A stretch of DNA of 64,000 nucleotides from Mobula hypostoma (lineage: Eukaryota): positions 4,836,001 through 4,900,000 of the forward strand of contig NC_086097.1 of the NCBI RefSeq assembly GCF_963921235.1. Reading direction: 5' to 3'. The notes under the pieces were generated by a model, which saw nothing but the letters and a program-made list of their open reading frames with translations, made no database searches and had not been told where the DNA came from. Below, piece after piece: positions 12,758 to 25,350 of the stretch. Both the position numbers and the translations under genes were made by a program. How positions within the stretch are numbered: position 1 is the stretch's first letter; each line of letters starts with the position of its first letter.

Positions 12758-12919
12758 TATATACTTACTGTAGCTGATTTACTTGGTTATTTATTTATTT
12801 TTTCTTTCTATATTATTATGTATTGTATTGAACTGCTGCTGTTAAATGAACAAATTTCACAACTCATAGCGGTGATAATAAACCTGATTGTGATCCTGTT
12901 GTTGCTGTTGCAACAATGA

Positions 12920-13526
12920 GGAAATAGTTGCCTCCATTTCCTCAGCAGACTGAGGCATGTGAAGCTTCACTCCAATCTTGATTGAATTTTACAGGAGCAC
13001 CATCGAGAGCATCCTGACAAGCTGCAGAACCATCTTCTATGGGAGCAGCTGAACATCGGACTGGATGTCCCAACAAAGGACTGTGAGAACGGCCGAGAGG
13101 ATCATAGGGGTCTCCCTACCATCCATCAAGGACATCTATCAGGAGCGCTGTGTACACAGGGCCCTTAGTATTATCAAGGAACCCACACATCCATCCAGCA
13201 CCCTCTTTGACTTTCTACCATCAGGCAGGAGATTCTGATGCATAAAAACTAGGACAGTCAGGATGGGGAACAGTTTCTTTCCTCAAGCCATTAGGCTTCT
13301 GAACTGCCTGTTGCATCACATTCGAAGTTTCACCAGTTAATTTGTTCTGTACTCTACAATATTTAACTTATGCATAATTTATTTGTAGATTTTATTCGTA
13401 CTTTCCTACATTATTGTGTGTTATGTGTACGACTGTGCTTTGCACCCTGGTCCAGAGAAATGTTGTCTTGTTTGACGGTATAATTGTATATGGTTAAGTG
13501 ACAAGAAACTTGACTTGACTTGACTT
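12920..13526 (+). mobile_element. Rex1-like LINE 3' fragment
   Basis: ACCATCGAGAGCATCCTGAC, CTACCATCAGGCAGGAG and a (CTTGA)n tail. Confidence 0.7.
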
Positions 13527-15119
13527 GTAACTCTACCAGCTTAGCTTCATTCTGCGCATTTAATTATGCCTTTCTGCTTCTTGTTGCTGGCTCTTCCAGT
13601 TCTATTGGATGTCTTGCGGTTGTCACAATGATGCTTTAGAGGGATGATTTTATTAACTAATCCTATTGACGAGCACCCACTGCTCATCTTCAATAGTCAA
13701 CTGCATACTTCAGTTATTTATAGCACACTCCTGAATTCCTTGCTGTTAACTCACTGATGCATCTATTGTCACAGATCTGAATACTCTATTCTCTCAGTTA
13801 CCGTGACACTGATTAGATAAGGCTGAAGATCGTTGGCAAGAGGACATCAGTCCAATTTAATTAGCATTATGATTATACTATGGATAGTGTTCACTCTTGA
13901 TCATTTCCAATCTGTCAACTACAAAGACACACGTTTCCTTGGAAGTACTGTATATCACGTTCATCTTCAAGTTTACTTGTCATTCAACCATACACATGCA
14001 TACAGCTAAATGAAACAGTGTTCCTCTGGGGCCAAGGTACAAAACACGGTACCAACAGCCACACACAGGACACCACCATAGAAAACGGGTACCGATAGGA
14101 TGAATGCAAGCATGCTTTTTCCACTGAGGTTGCATGGGACTACAACCGGAGGTCATGGGTGAATGGTGAAAGGTGAAAAGTTTCAGAGCAACATGTAGGG
14201 AAACTTTTTCACTCAGAAGTGCCAAAATTAATACTAGCCCAAGTTCCGGAGAGTCACATCCTGAAGCTTGGTGGTGCATGGGATGTTGTCCTGGAGCCAT
14301 GCTTCTGCAAGAACATGCCTGCAGCAATTCCTCATCTGCAGCTGCACTAGAGCGTGATGAACGCAATTCAGCTTGCCTTTCATGGAGCGAACACTGGAGA
14401 GCAGCGTCGATGGGAGCTGTTCAAAGCTATAACACACCTGCCAAACTTAACTCAGTATGAAATGTACTATATATAATTTGTACTAAATCAGACCACTTTC
14501 AACTCTCATAGCTCCTGAATAATGGTCTAAGACCACATGCAAGTCCATGGGATCAGATCAGACTGTCATCATGGTTGGCACAGTTATTAGTGAGCTAGAC
14601 ATCTGCTTAGAAATTTGTAATTACCTTTTCACACAAAGGAATTGAATGAGATAGGATTAAGGTTGTGTCTTGGTGTCGAATGCTGGAGTTTTACATCATA
14701 ACAAAATACATTGCCTTGGTATATGTGATTTCTCAGTCATAGAGTCATAGAACTTTACAGCACGGAGCAGGCCCTTCGGTCCATCTAGTCTGCCTAGTTG
14801 CATTGGTCCACACATGGACCATAGCCCTCCGTACCTGTCAGTACCTCCAGCTGAACTCTGTCTTTTTGTGTGTTTCCCCCTAGCTGTCAGTCTGTTGTTT
14901 TGTATTGCCATGTGCTCCTGTCCCCGCTCCTGCTCGACTCTGGTCCCTGTATTAGTGAGTACTCTGTCTCTCACTTGCTTCTCATTATTACCTCTATTGC
15001 TGCCACCTGTGTCTCATTGTGCTCCACCTATCATCTGCCTCTCTGTTTATCGCTCAGTGTGTTTCAGTCCTGTGCTTTCAGCTGTTCATTGCCAGAGTGT
15101 GCCAGTGAATTTTCCTGAG

Positions 15120-15451
15120 TTAGAACATGTAGTTTTGTGTTGCAGGAAGTATGGGATACAGAGAGAGATGATAAGAAATAAATTAAGGGAGTTGGGGATG
15201 CAGGAATTCACATTAAAGGGGTTGCTGGGCATGGGTGAGAGAGCACAAGTCCGGGTATTTTTAGTGTTTTTAAGGGTACTAGGATGGTCAAAGATGGGAG
15301 GGTGAAGTGTAGGTTTGTATATATACGCGCGTGCGATTGGGTGAAGGGATTTAGAATGTATGTCTAGTGCACATTCTGGAGCAGAGGGTGGCGGTAATGT
15401 ACCATTAAGCTGGATGCCAACCGCCGTAAAACAAAATACAGACAGACAGAG
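15120..15451 (+). mobile_element. I/Nimb-clade LINE 3' end inserted into the Gypsy LTR
   Basis: EHVVLCCRKY...LKGLL...VFLR C-terminus; 3' UTR GGTGGCGGTAAT...ACCGCCGTAAA hairpin; (CAGA)n tail; 10-bp TSD TTTTCCTGAG (15110-15119, 15452-15461). Confidence 0.75.
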
Positions 15452-15687
15452 TTTTCCTGAGCCTTTCCAGTGTTTGTATCTGTACTCTGTCTGTCTGAAT
15501 ATTGACTCTGACTGTTCCCTGATTCTGGTTTTTGGATTTTTCTGGATATTTAGATCTCTGCTTGAAATTGGATGCTGACTTTGTTTGCACCTCGGGATTT
15601 GTTACTCAATTAATATCACTGTGTGTACAGTACTGGGTCTGTGATTGGATCCCTGCTCCAGCGCCCTGACAGTATAATCTGGACAGA

Positions 15688-17510
15688 ATGGATCCAGCAG
15701 ACCCCGGTCGTCTGAGAGCTGCCCTGGAACAACAGGGAGTGATGCTGGGGAGACCCCAGAACCAACTGGACTCTGTGTTCAGGGCAGTGGAGTCACTTTC
15801 TGTGACTGCATCTTCTGCCCCACTCTCTGTTCTCGCACACTCCTCCCATCCAAGAGCCCCATCTTCCCCTCTAGAAAAGTACTCAGGTGAGCCCAGTACC
15901 TACCGCTCTTTCCTTTCCCAGTGCATCCTCATTTTTGAATTGCAACCAACAACATTTCCAACTGATTGAGCCAAGGTGGCCTACGTCATCAGTCAACTGT
16001 CTGGTCGGGTCAGAGAATTGGGAACAGCTGTTTAGGAGGCAGGCTCACCTTTTTGCAGTAGTTTTCAGTTATTTTCTGAGGAGATGAGAAAAGTGTTTGA
16101 TTGCTCCAAACATGGGGGAGAGGCTGCCTGTGGAATGCTCACGTGCACCAGGAGCGCAGATCTGTGTCGGATTACACCATAGAGTTCCGAACCCTGGCCA
16201 CCTCCAGCGGCTGGAACTTGGAGGCACAGTACGACACCTTCCTGAATGGCCTCTCTGAAGACATCAAAGATGAGCTGGTCACCCAGAGCCTTCCTGCCAC
16301 CTTTGAAGCCCTGGTGGATTTGGCCATCCGTATTGATGTTCGCCTTCAGCAGCGTCGCAGAGGGAAGGGTTCCAGAGGGTCCCTAGGGGCACCTGGTGAG
16401 TTCCAAGTTCCTCGTCAGTCTACATTGCCCTGCCATTTGCCCCCCGTCTACAACTCCCACTCCAGAACCCGAAGCTATGAAGGTTGACTGTACCCACCTC
16501 CTGCTGATTGAAAGACAAAGGAGAATCAGCACCCGTTCCTGTCTGTACTGCAGCCAACCAGACCGCTTCATCTCCACCTGCCCAGTAAAAGCCAGCGCTC
16601 ACCAGTAGGATGAGGGGTATTGGTCAGGTGACCCCTGTCTGGCCCTCCTCGACGCCACTCACTCTCATACCTGCTTCTCTGGAGTGGGGCATCCAACGGT
16701 GAGCAGTCTCTGTCTTGGTCAATTCTGGTGTGGAGGGGTGGTTATCAGTTCCGGCTTGGCTGCCCAATGGGGACTACCCACTTCTGCTCTCCAGTCACCA
16801 TTAATGGCCAATGCCTTGAGTCGTCAGAGACTGGCTAACATCACCCATGTCACGGCCCTGGTAAGTCTAAGTTTATCCGGAAACAATCATGAATAGTTAA
16901 CCCTTTATGTTATTGACTCTCAAGCTCCCATTGTCCTGGGCCATCCCTGGTTAGTCAGACACAACCCCCACATTGACTGGCTCAGTTGCAAACTGTAGGC
17001 TGGAGCCCATTCTGTCACTCCCACTGCCTCCACCATGCTCAGATCCCCTTGTCTCCAAGCCCAGATCCCCCTTAGGAATTTCTGGACCTTAGTGCCATCC
17101 CTCCTGAATATATGGGTCTCAACGCTGTGCTCAGCAAGTCCCAGGCCACTTCCCCACCGCCTCATCATTCATGTGATTGCACCATTGACCTCTTGCCTGG
17201 CACATCTCCCCCAAGGGGCCGCCTGTATTCCCTGTCCTTACCTGAAACAGAAGCCATGAATGAGTACATCCAAGAGTCACTGGCCACAAGCATCATCCGG
17301 CCATCTTCCTCTGCTGCTGGTGCCAGTTTTTTCTTTGTTAAAAAGGACAGCTCCTTACATCCAAGCATTGAATACCGGGGACTGAATGAAGTCAGTGTTA
17401 AGAACCATTACCCTCTTCCGCTCATGACCTTTACATTTCAAGTACTGCAAGGAGCCTCAATTTTCACCAAGCTGGTTCTCCGTAATGCCTACGATCTTGT
17501 CCACATTTGC
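15688..17510 (+). pseudogene. Gypsy gag-pro-pol remnant
   Basis: MDPAD start, EKYSGEP, SVSDYTIEFRTLA, FLNGLSEDIKDEL, zinc knuckle CLYCSQPDRFISTCP, RT motifs [17 protein letters not shown] and YPLP; many stops and frameshifts. Confidence 0.9.
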
Positions 17511-18429
17511 GCATCTTGGGACTTGTAACTCAATTAATCTCAGTGTGCTCAATACTGTGTCTGCGATTGGATCCCTGCTCCAGTGCCCTGACTCTACCCC
17601 TCCCATCCATATACCTCTCCAAGTTTCCCTTAAGATGCAAGTCATCTGGGCTCTGCTGGTATTGATCCACACTTTCCTTTCTCAGGTACACTGGATGAAG
17701 TTGGCAACATTTGCTATCGTTCCCCTCTCAATACTGGGCATTGAACAGCTTCAGCAGGAGACACGCCAATACTTGCACGTCTGTTGTTTGTCCGTCTTGC
17801 TGTGAGCAGTTTTTCACTGGCTCTGTTGTGTTTCTTCGTATTTACCGTGAATTCCTACAAGAAAATGAATCTCAGGTTTGTAAATGGTGACATATGTGTA
17901 CTTTGATAATAAATTTACTTTCAGTTTTGCTGGAAGGTCTACAAAATGTTCACACAATTCTTGTAGTTGAGATCCTGTCTGACCTTGAACGTCTCAAGAG
18001 GCCACCACCGAGGATGAGGAAAGAACTGTTTTACTATTAGTGTAGATGTTGACTTGATCAGTACCAGTAATTGCACGATAGAAGTCCTCCAGCTGGATTC
18101 TTATCTTCATGGAACCCAACCTTGTCATCTCCTCTTTCATATTATAGTAGTTCAAAGTACATTTATTATTGATGTATGCATACAGTTCACAACCTTAAGA
18201 TTCATCTTCTTGCAGGTAGTCACAAAACAAAGAAACACAATGGAATCAGCTTAAAGAAAAATCAACATGCAACCAAAACTGTCAAACACCCAATGCGTTT
18301 AAAAAAACAAACCCCGACAAAAAATAACAAATAACACAGAACATGAACTGCAAGACCCCAAAAGTGAATTCATGGTATTATAAACCTTCAGCCCAATCTG
18401 TTTGCAGTCTATATCAGTGATTTAGAGGA

Positions 18430-18790
18430 GCTGATTGAACATCTGGGCGGCAGGATGGAGATACCTCTCTACCAAAGGAGGTGTCATGTTCTCCTTCCCT
18501 CTGCTAGCCTGCAGGTCTCCCTTGGACAAGGTGTAGCATCTGCTTAGACCCCGATCAGGGTCAGTGGTGGATGTATGAGCAGCTGGTGCATATCACAAGT
18601 CTGGGTTACGTGACCACTGATGCCAGGCAGACAATCCCTGAAGAGTATTGATAATGACTGGGGCCACCTGTCTTGTAAAGGCACTCGCCAGCAGAAGGCA
18701 ATGCAAACCTTTCCAGTAGAAAAATTTGCCAAGAACAATCATGGTCATGGATAGAGCATGATTAGCTACATTTAATGACATGGCACATCA
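18430..18790 (+). mobile_element. SINE-like element with an RTE/BovB-type 3' tail
   Basis: AGAAGGCAATGCAAACC...AAAATTTGCCAAGAACAATCATGG resembles the RTE-BovB/Sauria SINE tail (from recall). Confidence 0.45.
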
Positions 18791-18969
18791 CAAATGAATG
18801 ATTAAATATAACATACCCAAGTTAGCTATGATATAAAACAAGGTAGTTAAGCAGGATATGAACAGAGAGGCTCCAGAGGATTGTGAATGGTCAGATTAGG
18901 TTTAAGTGTGGCAAGATGTGTGGTCACCTACATTGGAGAGTAGAAAGGCAGAGTGTTTTGTAACATTTT

Positions 18970-19243
18970 AATTTTATTTAGAGATGCTGCGTGGAACAGA
19001 CCCTTCTGACCCAATGAGCCAGACTGCCCAGCAACCCTCCTATTTAACACCAGCCTAATCACAGGACCATTTACAATGACCAATAACCTACTAACAGTTT
19101 GTCTTTGGACTGTAGGAGGAAACCGGAGCACCCGGAGGAAACCCACCTCATGATGGATAAAAACATACAAACTCCTTACAGACAGCACCTTAACTGAACT
19201 GCTAACTCTGACATCCAAAGCTGTAATAGCTACTGTGGTGCCA
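18970..19243 (-). mobile_element. tRNA-derived V-SINE/HE1-like SINE
   Basis: Minus-strand core GTGGGTTTCCTCCGGGTGCTCCGGTTTCCTCC; related copies near 32390-32520, 44830-45158 plus 49085-49240, and 63430-63662. Confidence 0.75.
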
Positions 19244-19394
19244 TATAGCTTTGATTGGGTATATATTGAAATCTGCTGATGTTCAAGGGGACCTCATACA
19301 TAAACCATAAAAAATGATATCATGCAGGTACAGCACACAGTTAGGAAGTGAAACAATATTTTGGCCCTTATTGCAAGATTTTTTAGTACAAGAA

Positions 19395-20565
19395 CATAGA
19401 ATATAGAAATCTATAGCACATTACAGACCCTTCGGCCCACAATGTTGTGCTGACCATGTAACCTACTGTAGAAACTGCCTAGAATTTCCCTACCACATAG
19501 CCCCCTATTTTTCTATCTCCATGTACCTATCTAAAAGTCTCTTAAAAGACATTATTGTATCTACTTCCACCACTGTTGCTGGCAGTGCATTCCACGCACT
19601 CACCACTCTCTGTGTGAAAAACTTACCCCCTGACATCTCCTCTGTACCTACTTGCAAGCACCTTAAAACTGTGACCTCTCGTGCTAGCCATTCCAGCCCT
19701 GTAAAAAAGCCTCTGACTATCCACACGATCAATGGCTCTCATCATCTTATACACCTCTATCAGGTCACCTCTCATTTTCCATCGCTCCATGGAGAAAAGA
19801 CCAAGTTCACGCAACCGATTCTCATAAGGCATGTTCCCCAATCCAGGCAATATCCTTGTAAATTTCCTCTGAACTCTCTCTATAGTATCCACATCCTTCC
19901 TGTACTGAGGTGACCAGAAACAAGCACAGTACTCCAAGTGGGGTCTGACCAAGGTCTTACATAGCTGTAATATTACATCACGGCTCCTGAACCCAGTCCC
20001 ACTGTTGATGAAGGTCATCACACAATACGCCTTCTTAACAACACTGTCAACCTGCTCAGCAGCTTTGAGTGTCCAATGGACATGGACCCCAAGATCTTGT
20101 TGATCCTCCACACTGCCAAGTGTCTTACCATTAATATTATATTCTGTCTTTGGCTTTGATCTGCTGCAACGAACCACTTCACACCAATCTGGGTTGAACT
20201 CCATCTGCCACTACTCAGTCCAGTTCTGCATCCCATCAATGTCCCGCTGTAACCTCTGACAACCCTCCAGACTATGCACAGCACCCCCAACTTTTGTGTC
20301 ATCAGTAAACTTACTAACCCACCCTTCTACTTGCTCATCCAGGTCATTTATAAAAATCACAAAAAGGAGGGGTCCCAGAACAGATCCCTGCAGAACACCA
20401 CTGGTCACCAACCTCCATGCAGAAAATGAACCATCTGCAACCACTCTTTACCTTCTGTGGGCAAGCCAATTCTGGATCCACAAAGCAATGTGTGCTTGAA
20501 TTCCTTGCCTCCTTACCTTCTGAAGGAGCCTTGCATGGGAAAACTTATCAAACGCCTTACTGAAT
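19395..20565 (-). mobile_element. CR1 LINE 3' fragment
   Basis: ORF 20211-20444 (GVLQGSVLGP, FTDDTK) and ORF 19623-20204 (RPHLEYC, RGDLIEV); TTCTA-type tail. Confidence 0.9.
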
Positions 20566-21046
20566 AGAGACATCTCACTGTAATTATACTGTATATATAG
20601 GCATGTATATATAGTAAGGGTGTCTAAGACTTTTGCGCAATACTGTAGTAATTTTATGTATTGCACTGTATTGCTGCCACACAAAAAAACTAATTTCATT
20701 ATGTGTGAGTGATGATAAACCTGATTCTGATATGGGTGTCTGTTGTGGACTGAGAGTGGGAAGGGGACAGGGAGAGGGGCCTCATGGTTGGGAAAGGAGG
20801 AAGGGAGAAGGGAGGGAGTGGGAAACACCAGAGAGACATTCTGTAATGATCAATAAACCAATTGCTTGGAATCATATGATCTTGCTGGTGTCTCAGGGCT
20901 GGGTGTGTCTGTGTCTATACCACCCCCGCCCCCACTCCTGGCAATCCTTCTCTGTGACCTGTCCCACATCTCCCCCCTTGCCATTCCCAACGTCCTTCAC
21001 TCCTGCCAGATTTACAAAGTCACTGTCCAATCCACATTGACTGAGA

Positions 21047-21115
21047 CAGTGCTGTGCAAAAGTCTTATGCATCCTAGCTATATATACATGGGCCTAAAGC
21101 TTTTGCATAGCACTG
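21047..21115. mobile_element. Very small Tc1-type MITE
   Basis: TIRs CAGTGCTGTGCAAAAG / CTTTTGCATAGCACTG followed by TA; a related half-copy lies near 20620-20647. Confidence 0.6.
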
Positions 21116-21226
21116 TAGAGGGTCCTGGCAAGGCTGGTTGTATATGATATAGCCTTTCTGGTTAAGAAGGGAGCCTATTTGAACTAGAGGGAGTGCTGTG
21201 AGTATTGACTCGAAATACACTTGGGA

Positions 21227-21719
21227 AGGGGTGGGTGCTGAGATAAGAAACTGGGAGGTGAGAGGAAGAAAAGGAGAGGGAGGAATCTGATAGAGAGGAG
21301 AGTGGACCATGGAAGAAAGGGATGGAGGAGGGGCACTGGGGGAGGTGATAGCTAAGTGAGGAGAAGAGGTAAAAGGCTAGAGTGCGACTTGAACAGGAGG
21401 GAAAGGAGAGGGGGAAAATTGCCAGACATGGGGAAATCGATGTACATGACATCATGTTGGAGGTTACCTAGACTCTTATTTTATCACCCCACCCCCACCG
21501 ATCTGGCTTCACCTATCACTTTCTAGCTTGTCCTCTTCCCCCTCCTCCCACTTTTTTATTCAGGCATCATCCCCCTTCCTTTCCCGCTCTGAAGAAGGAT
21601 CTCGGCCTGAAACGTTGACTGTTTATTCATTTCCCTAGATGCTGCCTGACCTGCTGAGTTCCTCCAGCATGTTTTGTGTGTTGCTCTGGATTTCCGGCAT
21701 CTTCAGATTCTCTCCTATT
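21227..21719. mobile_element. Old Penelope insertion with inverted arms
   Basis: Minus arm to about 21475, then a plus arm with CTGAAGAAGGATCTCGGCCTGAAACGTTGACT and the terminal tail; TSD TACACTTGGGA (21216-21226) / TACACCTGGGA (21720-21730). Confidence 0.75.
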
Positions 21720-22355
21720 TACACCTGGGATAACAATTTTGTTGTATGTATAGAGATTAAGCAGAAGTTCCCATCAAGAGTTTTGAAGAATATGAAATGG
21801 AATGTATAATATTCCTACAGACCTTGATAAGGGTTTCTCCTAGCTAGTGGGCATACGGCCCAGGGATTACAATCTCAACATAAGGGGCTGACATTCAGAT
21901 CTGAGATGAAGAGAAATTTATTCACTTAAAGTGCGGCAAGTCTTTGCAATTCTCTCCCCGAGAGGGTTGCAGAGGCTTAGTTGCTGTATGTGTTCAAGGT
22001 GCAGACTGGTAGCATCACAAAGATACTCAACTGAAGTTCTAAATGGATATCCCCCTATTCAGAGGCTGTGCCCTATGTTCCTAGAATTACCAACTATAGG
22101 AAAAATCCTCCCCACATCCAATCTGTCCAGGCTTTCCTATATTCAGTAGGTTTCAACGAGATCCATTCTGCCCTCTAAACTGCATGGGTGTGTGGCCAGG
22201 CAGTAACTGAAACGCTCCCACACACATAGGCTTGCTGGCGCGCAGCTGGAATTGGATGCAGCTGGAAAAAAGTTTACAAAACTTAAAAAAAGATTTTCTC
22301 TATTGTGCTGTGTTACGTTATGCCCTTCAATTAATAAATAAAATCAAAAGTATGT

Positions 22356-23634
22356 TGTTATATACCCCTAGGGTTCATATTTTCTGTGGACGGTCACTTT
22401 AAAATGTTGGGAGAATGAGACTGACTTTTGGACTCTGTTTGAGCTGCTCCAGAGAGAGAGAGGGAGACAGAGAGATAGATGGATGGATGAAGTTATTTGA
22501 TGGACAATCAATGTTATGGTTTCTCTGCAGCTTGCTTTGAATATACAAGGACCCACAGACACACACAGTCAAGATGGATTCGGTCAATGGAAGACACCAG
22601 TGAGTCGGTCGCTGGTTTAAACGTTCAGTAGCCCAAAAGGAGTGAGTTGAGATCGATCCTGAGTATTGATAAATGACTCTCACAAGTTTTCTGCAACTAG
22701 AAGAAGTTTGCAGGAAGAGAAGAGAGGAGACATAGGTCTGAAACAGAGGAAACCTAGTGACACGGAGATCACTGTTTGGACTGTCTGTCTAAGTAGCCCG
22801 TGAGGGTGAGTTTGTTTCCATTCGACTACGAAAGTGTGATTGTCACGTAGTTAATCCACAGGAGTGGGCTCTCTGGTGAGGGGAAAACCTTTATGTATAC
22901 CACATGTGTATTTACCCTTTGTCTGGGTGTGGTAGTTCACTGAAGAAAGACACCCCTGTGGCAAATCACTGTTGGAGTTATTTCGTATGTTGTGGAACTG
23001 GATAAGTGGCTAGTGTTTGGGGTAACCTTGTGGAATCTGCTGGTGTGTCGACCCTTGCCTGGGTGGTGGTTCCCTTGAAGAGGGTCCCCTTTGTGATAAG
23101 CTACTGTTGGTGATAATCCATACGTGGATTCTGTTGGAGTATCCTGTGGCCACCACTTTGAGATGTCCCGTAGCTGAATTCAGGTGTGGTACCATTTGTG
23201 TTGAAAGGATATTCGTTGAAGATCACTGTTGGTGATATTTTGTGTGTGGAGTGGAATAACTTTGGAGATAAAACCTACTACTATTGTTATCTTGTATTGC
23301 TGTTGTGGAATCTGTGGAATATCGACATAATTGCCTTCTCAAAACATTCGCCTTGGATTACAAACATCTCACATTAATTAACGTGTGCATCTGAACTGAA
23401 CTTTCCTTACCTACCATCGTGAGACTGTATCAATTACCACCTAAGTTTGAAGAAGTTTGGGTTTTGTATTTACACACCTATATATGCATAAACTCTGCTA
23501 ACATGTTCGACTTATCCAGTTCCATATTACTGTATTGCATAGTTATTAATAAAACATAATTAGCTAACAGCAAACCAGACTCCAGGTGTGTTCCATTTCT
23601 GCTGGTTCTTTCACCCGTTATGGGGTGCGTAACA
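22356..23634 (+). mobile_element. Solo LTR
   Basis: TGTTA...TAACA termini, 4-bp TSD ATGT (22352-22355, 23635-23638), AATAAA near the 3' end; homologous to 53668-54672. Confidence 0.8.
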
Positions 23635-24939
23635 ATGTGATCTTTCAGTCTTCATTCTAAATGTTCATGGTATGCATATTGCAAAAACAAAACATTTAAA
23701 ATGCCATGCAGTTTACAGCCCGTGTAAAAATTTCCTGCTCAGGCAATGGTTGGTCCTTGCAGCTGTAAAAAAAATTAGACAGGATGTTGATTGAGTTCCT
23801 GCTTCCTCCTTTGAAACACCAGTGAGTTTCAACTCCAATTTTTAAGTGAATCAAAATCTATCTTTTCTATTTACTGGTGTCTTGTGTCTGTCCATATAAA
23901 ATAGGGTATCCGCTGATTTATCTTGAGGAGCAATATGACAAGGTGAATAATATTTAAATATTATTAACATTAATCTGCTAACTCCTTTACTTTGTCCTAA
24001 ATCTTTAATAGGTCATATACAGAGGCTTCTTTACCCTCGTACACACTGAAGTTAACTCCCTTTGCTAATACTGCCCAATATGCACGCTTAAGGTTTTCTT
24101 ATTTTCCCAGTGATTTGCCTGTTCAAAGTAATGAAACGCTTTAGATACAGTCAGTGAACTTGTTCAAACTCATTTTGATTCCCTAGAGGCACCTTCAAAG
24201 AGATTGAGAAAATTCTTTAACTCCAGGCTCTCTTATCCAGACTCAATTACCTGCATGAAGAGTCTTGACCTCTGTGAAATTAATCTCTTGAGGGAAAAGA
24301 GCAAATTGCCAGCATTCCTCTCCTTATTAAGGATTTTGGCCCATGGAGCAAGCTGTGGCCAAATATTATGTGACCAAGGCACAATACTCAGTAAACTTCA
24401 GACTTCAAGGATAGATATCAATGAAATTAACTGGACTATGGTCTTCATAGAATTTAATGAACTTGGCCAATACTGCCGTCTCCAGATGCCTTTAATAACC
24501 TCAGATTAGTCGTTACAGTGAAGCTGACACTGCTAGTGTCACTAATGTAGATGGTGAGGTACTCTGCAGCAGATTTTCAATCCATTCAGCAGGTTGGATG
24601 CAGGCTGCATCGCTGCTTGGTACAGAAAGTGCACTGTGGCAGACAGGAAGTCTCTAAAACTGGTAGTCAAAAATACCCAGCGAATCACTGGTACCAGTAC
24701 ACCTGCCATCAAGGACTTACATACAGAAAGGGCCAGTAACATCATGAAGGATCCCACCCACCCTGCTCATGGACTGTTTGTCCCACTCCCATCGGGGAGG
24801 AGGCTAGTAGCATCTACACCAGGACAACCAGACGCAAAAACAGTTACTTTCCCCAAGCAGTAAGTTTGATAAACACTTCCACTCACCAGCCCACTTCTCC
24901 ACACCGCCAATCTTATTTCCTGTTTCCAGAGAAGGCTAT

Positions 24940-25350
24940 GTTCCTTCTCCGCTTGCTATCTCCGCAGTAGAGGCTGAGAGGAGATCTGATAGAGGCTTAT
25001 AAGATTATGAGAGGCAAAGATAGAGTAGACAGACAGTATCTGTTTCCCAGGGTTGAAATGTCTAATACCAGAGGGCATGCATTTAAGTTGAGAGGGGGTA
25101 ATTTCAAAGGAGAATGTGAAGGTTGAATATTTTTCAGAGAAAGTTATGGGTACCAGCAATATGCTGTCTGGGGGCTGGGAGAAGCAGATACATTAGAGAC
25201 TTCTGAAAGACATTTAGTTAAGACATGAATGTGAGGAAAATGAAAGGATATGCACATTGTGTAGCTAGAAAGGATTAGTTTAGTTGGCTATTCAATTGCT
25301 AAATTAATTGGTTCTGTACACCATAGTGGGCCAAAGAGCCTGTTCTGGTT
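24940..25350 (+). mobile_element. CR1 LINE 3' fragment
   Basis: AGGCTGAGAGGAGATCTGATAGAGGCTTATAAGATTATGAGAGG (RLRGDLIEAYKIMR). Confidence 0.75.

Larger units (their letters stand above)
14836..17593 (+). mobile_element. Ty3/Gypsy (sushi-like) LTR retrotransposon, internally deleted
   Basis: 5' LTR 14836-15671 (TGTCAG...CTGACA); gag, protease and RT-start remnants; last ~83 bp of the 3' LTR at 17511-17593; TSD GTACC/CTACC. Confidence 0.9.

Noticed and set aside
12546..12777. Matching ORFs on both strands (LVNAAGQAA...)
   Set aside because: A consequence of the hairpin; this is non-coding Penelope 3' UTR
15688..17510. PEG10/RTL1-like domesticated gene
   Set aside because: LTR-flanked, disrupted and internally deleted
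17924..18040. Apparent exon LLEGLQNVHTIL...
   Set aside because: The acceptor comes from a repeat tail (AATAAATTTACTTT) and the frame ends with no other support
22311..22355. Alternative LTR start at TGTTACG
   Set aside because: No TSD; the start at 22356 has an ATGT TSD and matches the related LTR
24187..24509. 101-aa ORF after an AG in unique DNA
   Set aside because: No recognisable motif, donor site or partner exon; compatible with chance
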